A DNA stretch of 32,000 nucleotides from NCBI RefSeq assembly GCF_000018465.1, contig NC_010085.1, positions 1,470,001 to 1,502,000 of the forward strand, read 5' to 3'. Positions within the stretch are counted from its first letter, which is position 1; each line of letters opens with the position of its first letter. Position numbers and translations under genes: made by a program. A model generated the notes under the pieces. The model saw only the letters and a program-made list of their open reading frames with translations, did not search any database and was not told where the DNA came from. Origin of the DNA: Nitrosopumilus maritimus SCM1. GTDB lineage: Archaea; Thermoproteota; Nitrososphaeria; Nitrososphaerales; Nitrosopumilaceae. Shown here one piece after another: positions 7,386-14,427 of this stretch.

Positions 7386-8462
7386 CTAAGCGCCTTCAGG
7401 CTTCATAATGATTTTGCCAAAGAAGTCACCCTTTAGCATCTTTGTATGAGCCTCTGCTGCTTGTTCGAAGGTAAAGACAGAGTCAACAATTGATTTTATC
7501 TTTCCTTGACCCATCCAGTATAGACCTTGATCTAATTCAGCTTTAGTTCCTTGTGTTGAACCTAAGACATTGATTCCTTTGAAGAAGATGTGTCTAAGAT
7601 CTATTTGTGCGTCATAACCTGTTGTTGCACCACATGAAACTAGTGTTGCACCATACTTGAGCAATGTTAGTTGCTTGTTGAAGTGAGTTTGACCAATGTG
7701 ATCAAATGCAAGATCAATTCCAGGTGCTTCACCTTTTGTTTTTGCAATTTCTTTTGAAATTTTGAAGACTTCTTTACTCCAGTCGTCTTTTCTGTGGTCT
7801 ACTGCATAATCTGCTCCAAGTTCCTTACATTTGTCTAATTTGTCAGGACTTGCAGTTGCAATGACATCACAGTTGTATAGTTTAGCAATTTGAATTGCAA
7901 AGCTTCCGACACCAGAACCACCACCCATTACGAGTACTGTTTGTCCTGGAGTAATCTTTGCTCTACCAACTAACATGTGCCAGGAGGTAAGAATTGTCAT
8001 TGAAGCTGCTGCTGCATCTTCATATGAAACTCCATCAGGAATTTTTGAAACATTGACTTCTGGTAAGTGTATTTGTTCAGAGTATGCACCCCATAGTGGT
8101 CCAGTTTGGAAACCCCAAACTTGTCTTCGGGTACAGTCAAATTCTCTTCCATCAGTACATGCACTACAAACTCTGCATGCAAGATTTGAGTGAGAGACAA
8201 CTCTGTCACCTACTTTGAAATTTTTAACATCTTCGCCTACGGCGATAACATCTCCAGCTACATCAGAACCTGAAACATGTGGAAGAGGAACTGCTACTGG
8301 AACTCCTCTCATCCCCCAAATATCATTATAATTTAGGGCAGATGCTTTATTGGTAAAAATTACCTCATCTGCTTTTGGTTTTGGTTCGTCTATATCCTGG
8401 ACTTTAAGGATCTTAGCGTAATTATCATCTGGTGCATATTCATTGTATACGACTGCTTTCAT
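7386..8462 (-). CDS. Medium-chain (zinc-type) dehydrogenase/reductase, enoyl-CoA / crotonyl-CoA reductase-like
   Basis: 358 aa. ALNYNDIW, GSDVAGDVIAVGEDV and the Cys cluster CRVCSACTDG are present. The Rossmann motif is VLVMGGGSGVGSFAIQIAK. Confidence 0.8.
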   Translation of the reverse strand: MKAVVYNEYAPDDNYAKILKVQDIDEPKPKADEVIFTNKASALNYNDIWGMRGVPVAVPLPHVSGSDVAGDVIAVGEDVKNFKVGDRVVSHSNLACRVCSACTDGREFDCTRRQVWGFQTGPLWGAYSEQIHLPEVNVSKIPDGVSYEDAAAASMTILTSWHMLVGRAKITPGQTVLVMGGGSGVGSFAIQIAKLYNCDVIATASPDKLDKCKELGADYAVDHRKDDWSKEVFKISKEIAKTKGEAPGIDLAFDHIGQTHFNKQLTLLKYGATLVSCGATTGYDAQIDLRHIFFKGINVLGSTQGTKAELDQGLYWMGQGKIKSIVDSVFTFEQAAEAHTKMLKGDFFGKIIMKPEGA

Positions 8463-8504
8463 GGAATTACAGGCTGGTTACCCATAATTATATTTTATCT
8501 GGGA

Positions 8505-8786
8505 TCAGACACGATTAAACTTAAATTCACGTTTTGGTTGTTGGGTTGAAAGTAAAATTTGCTTTAGTTGATCGTCTGTAATTTGTCCAGGGATTTTTCC
8601 CTGAGTTGCCATTCCTATCAAATATTGTTCAACTAAATCAGCCAGTTCTGGTTTTACCATTTTGATATTGTTTAATCTCATTCTTGCTTCAGGAACTAGG
8701 ATTTGTTTTAGAATCTGTTCTTTTTGTGCAGCTAGTTCGTGATTTGTATTGTCTTGAGGTTGATCGTTTGATTCAGGAAAACTCAT
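8505..8786 (-). CDS. PDCD5/TFAR19-family dsDNA-binding protein
   Basis: 93 aa. ILKQILVPEARMRLNNIKMVKPELADLVEQYLI is the conserved core of archaeal PDCD5-like proteins. Confidence 0.8.
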   Translation of the reverse strand: MSFPESNDQPQDNTNHELAAQKEQILKQILVPEARMRLNNIKMVKPELADLVEQYLIGMATQGKIPGQITDDQLKQILLSTQQPKREFKFNRV

Positions 8787-8793
8787 TTTGAAT

Positions 8794-9246
8794 CTAAGTG
8801 TAAACTTTCAATTGAGGATTTTCAACAATCATTTCTTTTAGAATTTCTGTTGCTAATCTGTCAAGTTTTTGCATACCTTGTTTAGAAACTATACGTCCTT
8901 TCTTCTCAACCTTCTCCAAGTAACCTAATTTCTCTAGTCCATGGATGGCATTTCTAATAATTGCACCGCCAGCGTCTTTGTGATGAGCTGCACCATAACC
9001 AGATGGTTTACCGCCACCATAATCTTTTCTTAATTCGTTAATTCCAATTGGACCATGAAGGTAAATTTTTCTCATAATTGAAGCACATCTAGTATGCCAC
9101 CAATCACGGTTTTGTGGTGGTTTGTCAGCATGAGCTCCAGTTTTTACAAATGGAATCCAAGAAGGAGCTGGAATATCTTCATTTTTTAGGATCTCAGCTA
9201 GCTTTCCTATCAATACATCTGCTGGTACATCGTATACCTTTGCCAT
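8794..9246 (-). CDS. rps19e: 30S ribosomal protein eS19 (S19e)
   Basis: 150 aa. VYDVPADVLIGKLAEILK, WIPFVKTGAHADKPP, DWWHTRCASIMRKIYL and GGAIIRNAIHGLEKLG are eS19 hallmarks. Confidence 0.95.
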   Translation of the reverse strand: MAKVYDVPADVLIGKLAEILKNEDIPAPSWIPFVKTGAHADKPPQNRDWWHTRCASIMRKIYLHGPIGINELRKDYGGGKPSGYGAAHHKDAGGAIIRNAIHGLEKLGYLEKVEKKGRIVSKQGMQKLDRLATEILKEMIVENPQLKVYT

Positions 9247-9277
9247 GAAGACAAAAAATCGAGAATCGTCTTATAAA

Positions 9278-9598
9278 TCATTGAGATATTATTTTGCGAT
9301 ACGTGTGCCCACACAAGTAGCAAGATATTCTGATCGACTTGACAGATGCTCTACCCAAACGAATTCGGGAATTTACTCCAGGCGCAATGAATGATTTACA
9401 TTTTTTGCAAAAAACCATCCGGAGTTCATAAGGCATTCGGATTTTGTGTCGAGTGCTAATTCGTCTTGCAAGAAGAGCTTGGCGTTGAGAGAGTTCAGGA
9501 TCGGTTTTTGCGTTACTAATTGCATTTTGTATTAGAATTTGCATTCTCTCCATTGCAAGTTTTCTTACTGCAGGTTTCACAATAATTTCTAAAGTCAC
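9278..9598 (-). CDS. rnp4: RNase P protein component 4 (Rpp21/Rpr2)
   Basis: The helical N-terminus (AMERMQILIQNA) is followed by a zinc ribbon FCKKCKSFIAPG...CYLCGH. The start codon is GTG (9596-9598). Confidence 0.85.
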   Translation of the reverse strand: MTLEIIVKPAVRKLAMERMQILIQNAISNAKTDPELSQRQALLARRISTRHKIRMPYELRMVFCKKCKSFIAPGVNSRIRLGRASVKSIRISCYLCGHTYRKIISQ

Positions 9599-9632
9599 AC
9601 CTAAAAATTACTTCTCATTAAAATCAAAGATA

Positions 9633-9706
9633 TGCAGTCAGCGGGATTCGAACCCGCGTCACAGGGTTGGAAACCCCGAATACTAACCAGGCTATACTAT
9701 GACTGC
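9633..9706 (-). tRNA. tRNA-Gly (anticodon UCC), 74 nt, CCA not encoded
   Basis: Reverse complement: GCAGUCAUAGUAUAGCCUGGUUAGUAUUCGGGGUUUCCAACCCUGUGACGCGGGUUCGAAUCCCGCUGACUGCA. It folds into a cloverleaf. The acceptor is GCAGUCA/UGACUGC. The anticodon stem is CGGGG/CCCUG with loop UUUCCAA. The T arm is GCGGG-UUCGAAU-CCCGC. Confidence 0.9.
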
Positions 9707-9728
9707 AACAAAATGCAAATTTTTATGC

Positions 9729-10397
9729 CTACATAAAAATGGTTTTTTCGTACTCATAGAGCATTCTGGCAACAACAGTATGACCTTCAAAGGGTTCATT
9801 GCCAACTGAATACATCTGGGCAAATTTTTTTTCAATAGAATCTGAAAAATGTCCTTTCTGGAACCCTCCAAACACAAGACAATAATCAGTATTGATCTCA
9901 GATACAATTTTTTCATACGAATTTTCAGTTCCCTTGGTAGAGAATCCAATTATTTTTGAAGGGTTTATTTCATCAATTAATTCTGAAAATGTTTTATTTT
10001 TGATTTCAAGTAGTGTTTCATTATTTGCAATTATCTTTTTTTCTTTATACAATTTTTCAATCAATCCTGCAAACCTATGATAAGATTTTGGCACATGCAC
10101 ATTTTGACCAAAATAGATCACCTTATCATCAATTGTATGAACATAGAGTTTGATTTTGTTTTTTAGATAAAGTGGAATTGTTGTTGCTTCAAGTATTGAA
10201 AAATGCACAAGGTCTGGTCTACCTCTCTTTAATTCATTGATGATTCCTTTCATTGCTGCAAAGTGCCATGAGTTATCTAGTAGAATTTCCGATGAAAGTT
10301 TTCCGAGTTTTCTTGCATGAGAAATTACTGATTGATGATGTTTTAGTTCAGATGGAACAAGTTCTAATGCTGATTCAGCTAAAACTACAGAAATCAT
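9729..10397 (-). CDS. nep1: Ribosome biogenesis protein Nep1/Emg1 (SSU rRNA pseudouridine N1-methyltransferase, SPOUT)
   Basis: 222 aa. VVLAESALELVP, GRPDLVHFSILEA and LVFGGFQKGHFS match the Nep1 family pattern. Confidence 0.85.
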   Translation of the reverse strand: MISVVLAESALELVPSELKHHQSVISHARKLGKLSSEILLDNSWHFAAMKGIINELKRGRPDLVHFSILEATTIPLYLKNKIKLYVHTIDDKVIYFGQNVHVPKSYHRFAGLIEKLYKEKKIIANNETLLEIKNKTFSELIDEINPSKIIGFSTKGTENSYEKIVSEINTDYCLVFGGFQKGHFSDSIEKKFAQMYSVGNEPFEGHTVVARMLYEYEKTIFM

Positions 10398-10398
10398 T

Positions 10399-11523
10399 TT
10401 AGTTTAACATCTGAATTTGATTCTTAAATTCATTCCAACCTGATTTGGGATTACCATTTTCATCAAACAATCCAGCATTGCATACATAATGATCTAGTCT
10501 CTCAATTACATGCTCACTACTGCCAAAACCTGAACCTCCTACTGTGAGTTTGTCTTCTCCTACCTCTTGTACTTCGAATGCACAAGTTCCTTCAGGTTTG
10601 TCATTTTGCCTATACCATGTGAAAAACTCTAGTTCAGATTCATTTTCTGCATAAAATTCAAAGGATTTTTCTAAAAATTCAGTCTGAGATTCTTCACTTC
10701 CTCCAACAAAGTCAGAGGTACTCCAGCTAATCTCAAAAATTGCAGCATTCCTATCACCTGCCAAATCAATAATTTGTTCTAGGTCTTCTTTTGCTTGTTG
10801 TGGGGTTTTCACCATATCACCTACTGTATCTACAGGAGAATAAGAGAATGCAACAAAATCACCAACATCCAAATCAGTCACAATGTTTTGCAAGTCCTTA
10901 TTCAAAACTTGGTGTAATGCAAATGCATTTCCAATTTTTACATCAGGATGTTTTTCCTTAATTTTATCATATACTCCAACGAATAGTTCTTTGTAAGGAG
11001 GAATGTTTTGTTCGTAATATCTGAATTGAGATTCTGTTTCTCCTGCAAGAATTACAGTATCAACAATATGGTATCGAGACAATATTGCATCAAGAACACT
11101 AACTACTCTATCTTCATTTAGTGATTGGATAGGTGGTTTTCCAATCCAATCTGGAAATGGTCCTAATGTTTCTCCGTTAATTATTGAAAAGTAAAGTGTA
11201 ACTTTGAGATCGTTTTTTTGATTAAAGCTCATCAAGGCATCAGAGTATTGCCAATTGTATTCTCTATGTTCTGGTTCAATTAAATTCCAAAAGAGATAGA
11301 CATTGCTTCTTCCAATTCCAGATTCAGATGCAGTAGAATAGATTTCATCTAACTCTTGTAGTGTTACAGATTGATTTGGAGAGTTAATTACTAGTCCAAT
11401 CTTCTCATTAGTCTTTACAGGTGTAACTTCAGGATTTGAATCACTAGGAATACTGAGAACTCCAGCTATAATGGCAATAACTACTGCCACGCCTATACCT
11501 ACGCCTAGAATCTTCTTATCCAT
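10399..11523 (-). CDS. N-terminally membrane-anchored extracytoplasmic protein, possibly a clan GH-A TIM-barrel glycoside-hydrolase-like fold
   Basis: TM helix GVGIGVAVVIAIIAGVL. FWNLIEPEHREYNWQYSDAL resembles the W-x-IEP-x-G-x-Y-W motif of GH5/GH42-like enzymes. Candidate acidic residues are in LAGETE and IFEISW. The assignment is weak. Confidence 0.4.
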   Translation of the reverse strand: MDKKILGVGIGVAVVIAIIAGVLSIPSDSNPEVTPVKTNEKIGLVINSPNQSVTLQELDEIYSTASESGIGRSNVYLFWNLIEPEHREYNWQYSDALMSFNQKNDLKVTLYFSIINGETLGPFPDWIGKPPIQSLNEDRVVSVLDAILSRYHIVDTVILAGETESQFRYYEQNIPPYKELFVGVYDKIKEKHPDVKIGNAFALHQVLNKDLQNIVTDLDVGDFVAFSYSPVDTVGDMVKTPQQAKEDLEQIIDLAGDRNAAIFEISWSTSDFVGGSEESQTEFLEKSFEFYAENESELEFFTWYRQNDKPEGTCAFEVQEVGEDKLTVGGSGFGSSEHVIERLDHYVCNAGLFDENGNPKSGWNEFKNQIQMLN

Positions 11524-11569
11524 ACGAATTCAAAAAGAAAAGAAAGTAAAAAAGTTGTGATTCTGTTAT

Positions 11570-14224
11570 CTATCCAGAAGTACAACCACTAAATCCACAT
11601 TCAATGCAGATACTGCAACCTTCTACAAATACAAGGTTGTTCTTACATGTTGGACATAGACGATCTTCTGCAACTTCTTCTTGTTGTTGAATTGGTTCAG
11701 ATTTGATTTCTTCGTCATGTACCTTTAATGCAAGTGCTGCATTAACTTGTGATTTGATGTATGGGTTTGTGATTTGTGTTGAAACATAGTTTGTTACATG
11801 TTCACTTGGTGTAACATCAAATGTTTTTTCTGCATTTTCACTTGTCATATGAAGAACTTGTTTGTGTCTAGAGCCATCACGGTACACTGTGATACCTTTT
11901 AGACCAATCTCATGTGCCAACAGATATGCAGATTTTACATCTTCTGCAGTTACATCATATGGCATGTTGATTGTTTTTGCAATTGCATTTCCAATCCAGT
12001 CTTGCCATACACCTTGAGCCATCAAGTGATCAGACCAGTGAATGTCCATTGCGGTTACAAAGACATCTTGCATCCATTGAGGAATTTCATCAATTCCTTT
12101 CAATGAACCATAGTTGTCTGCAATTTTTGCAAGGATTTCATCGTTGTATAGGTTATTTTCTTTTAGGACTTGTTCAACAATCTTGTTTGTATAGAAGAAT
12201 CTTCCTACAGTAACTCTCTTCTCAAATACCAATGCAAATGCAGGTTCCATTCCGTTTGAACAATCTGCAATCATTGACAAAGTACCTGTTGGAGCTACTG
12301 TTGTTGTTAGGACATTTCTAATTCCATATTGTTTGATTTTCTCAACTAGTGCATCCCATTCATAAGAGTGAGATTCTTTTGGCTTTTCATAATAGCCTGC
12401 AACAGGAATCTTTCCTTCAGGATATTCCGTCTTGGAGCACAGTGGGAATTCACCACGAGACTTGGCAAGGGCTACACTTTCTTCCATGGAATAGTATGTT
12501 AAGGCTTCAGATAGTTTGGATTGTAATTCATATCCCTCTTTAGAGTTGTATGGGATTCTTAGTTTGTACAAGAGATCTGCTACTCCCATTACACCTAATC
12601 CAATTCTTCGGGATTCCTTTGATGCTACATTGATCTCTGGAACTGGATAGTGATTAACATCAATGATGTTATCAAGGAATCTTGTAGTCTTTCTGATTGT
12701 TTCTTCATATCTTTGCCAATCAAATTCATAGGTTCCATCTGCTTGTCTCTTTACGAGATTTACTAAATTGATAGAACCAAGATTGCATGATTCGTATGGG
12801 TAAAGACTTTGTTCACCACATGGATTTGTTGCACGTAATGGTGCTTGTCTTGCTTTTGCAAATACATTGTATTTGTTAATTTGATCAAAGAAGATCAAAC
12901 CAGGTTCTGCACTCTTCCATGCAGATAATGCAATCAAGTCAATTAGTTGGTGTGCGTTAATTTCTTTAACTGGTTTTTTGTCACGTGGACTACGTAAAAC
13001 ATAGTTACCATCACTAGTGTTTACAAGTGCATGCCAAAAGTCTTCCCAAACACCAACGCTGACGTTAAAGTTTTCTAAAACACCAGGTTCTGTTTTGTTT
13101 GTGATGAATTTTTCAACATCTGGATGCCATGCTTCAATTATACCCATGTTTGCACCACGTCTCTTTCCTCCTTGTTTAACAACTTCAGTTACAGTGTTAA
13201 TGATGTTCATGAAGGAAACCGGACCGGATGCAACACCTGATGTTGATGCTACAATGTCACCTTCTTCACGAAGATCAGAATAGTTGATTCCAACTCCACC
13301 ACCAGATTTGAAGATTAATGCTGCATCAGAAGTTGATTTCATGATTTCTTCCATGCCATCTTGCATTCCAAGTACAAAGCATGCAGAGAGTTGACCTAGT
13401 CTGCCACCTGCATTCATCATTGTTGGAGAGTTTGGCAAAAAGTCTTGAGAAACCATCAGATCAAAGTACTCTGTGATTTTATCAGCATAGCCATCTAGTT
13501 TCTTTGCTGCAAGTAGTGTCAAAAGTTCTTTGAAGCTTATCTTCATGTGACCTTTGTTTGCAAGTGTTACGTAGTGGTTGATGAGTGATCTGAAATGCCA
13601 TTTGTTGAAGAAATAGTCTCCAACTTTGAATTTGTAATCAAAGGCATCTAGTTTTTCAAGATAAGACTTTGCTTCTTCTACATCTTGTTTTGTATTTCCA
13701 GATTTGTCAAAGACTTGGGCGTCATACATGAGATCACCAATTCCGACAAGTATTGCGACTCTCTCAAACATTTGAGTTGGAGATTCAATAATCTCATTCT
13801 TTCCATTTCTGAAAAGGTATCTTGATGCTAAAACTCTAAGACAATTCAAATCAAACTTTTTGGAGACTGGATCAAGGGCCTTTAGATTCAGGACCTTCAT
13901 TTTCTCGTCTCTTAGTTTTCTTCTCTCATGTCTGTAAACAATGTAGGCTTTTGCAATATCGCTATTGCCACTGTCAATCAAAGTAGACTCTACAATATCT
14001 TGAATATCTTCAACAGTAGGGCTTCTCGTACTAGTGAAGCCTTGCTCTACTAACTTGTTAACAACATTATCTGCTAACTGATCGGCTAGACCACGGTCGG
14101 CTTTAGAGGTGGCAGCCAATGCCTTGTAAATGGCATTTGAAATTTTATCCTTATTGAAAGCCGTTACTGCGCCACTGCGCTTACGGATCTCATTGATAGT
14201 ATTTTCTATTTGTGAATTATCCAT
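11570..14224 (-). CDS. nrdJ: Adenosylcobalamin-dependent ribonucleotide reductase (class II) with N-terminal ATP-cone and C-terminal zinc ribbon
   Basis: 884 aa. There is an ATP-cone at the N-terminus (KRSGAVTAFNKDKISNAIYKA...AKAYIVYRHERR). The catalytic loop is ATNPCGEQSLYPYESCNLGSINL. The C-terminal ribbon is CPTCKNN...CSICIECG. Confidence 0.95.
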   Translation of the reverse strand: MDNSQIENTINEIRKRSGAVTAFNKDKISNAIYKALAATSKADRGLADQLADNVVNKLVEQGFTSTRSPTVEDIQDIVESTLIDSGNSDIAKAYIVYRHERRKLRDEKMKVLNLKALDPVSKKFDLNCLRVLASRYLFRNGKNEIIESPTQMFERVAILVGIGDLMYDAQVFDKSGNTKQDVEEAKSYLEKLDAFDYKFKVGDYFFNKWHFRSLINHYVTLANKGHMKISFKELLTLLAAKKLDGYADKITEYFDLMVSQDFLPNSPTMMNAGGRLGQLSACFVLGMQDGMEEIMKSTSDAALIFKSGGGVGINYSDLREEGDIVASTSGVASGPVSFMNIINTVTEVVKQGGKRRGANMGIIEAWHPDVEKFITNKTEPGVLENFNVSVGVWEDFWHALVNTSDGNYVLRSPRDKKPVKEINAHQLIDLIALSAWKSAEPGLIFFDQINKYNVFAKARQAPLRATNPCGEQSLYPYESCNLGSINLVNLVKRQADGTYEFDWQRYEETIRKTTRFLDNIIDVNHYPVPEINVASKESRRIGLGVMGVADLLYKLRIPYNSKEGYELQSKLSEALTYYSMEESVALAKSRGEFPLCSKTEYPEGKIPVAGYYEKPKESHSYEWDALVEKIKQYGIRNVLTTTVAPTGTLSMIADCSNGMEPAFALVFEKRVTVGRFFYTNKIVEQVLKENNLYNDEILAKIADNYGSLKGIDEIPQWMQDVFVTAMDIHWSDHLMAQGVWQDWIGNAIAKTINMPYDVTAEDVKSAYLLAHEIGLKGITVYRDGSRHKQVLHMTSENAEKTFDVTPSEHVTNYVSTQITNPYIKSQVNAALALKVHDEEIKSEPIQQQEEVAEDRLCPTCKNNLVFVEGCSICIECGFSGCTSG

Positions 14225-14233
14225 TATAATCTC

Positions 14234-14265
14234 CCCGCAAGGGTTATGATCAATGCGGGTATAAA
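14234..14265 (-). promoter_or_regulatory. nrdJ core promoter: TATA box (TTTATA, 14260-14265 on the minus strand) directly followed by the GC-rich inverted repeat CCCGCA-N14-TGCGGG
   Basis: Plus-strand cccgca at 14234-14239 pairs with tgcggg at 14254-14259. The 14-nt spacer contains tgatca. The element lies between the TATA box and the ATG at 14224. Confidence 0.4.
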
Positions 14266-14427
14266 TGATTTGTCAGTTTTTGTCTAAAAGTTCGGTTCAA
14301 AAAATTTGACAACGCTACTATGAACTTCATAATGGCATAACTTCTGCGATAGACGATGATCGCGAAGGTCTGAAACAGATCAAAAAGTTTTCAAAAATGA
14401 TCGTAACTAGTTTTTCATTTATGAATT

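Noticed and set aside
7997-8209. Same-strand alternative-frame ORFs inside real genes (7997-8209, 20215-20400, 22975-23163).
   Set aside because: Each is embedded in a longer ORF with clear family motifs (MDR reductase, rhomboid, cupredoxin domain). None has features of its own.
9633-9706. The tRNA gene as an integration site of a mobile element or genomic island.
   Set aside because: There is no integrase or transposase anywhere in the window, I noticed no repeat of the tRNA 3' half, and the flanking genes are housekeeping.
9692-9949. 85-aa minus-strand ORF.
   Set aside because: It overlaps the tRNA-Gly gene at its 3' end and lies out of frame inside the well-supported Nep1 gene.
14225-14427. 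Possible cobalamin riboswitch upstream of the B12-dependent nrdJ.
   Set aside because: I cannot find a B12-box-like conserved core or the multi-stem architecture. The TATA-to-ATG distance leaves only a very short leader. A covariance-model scan would be needed to exclude it formally.
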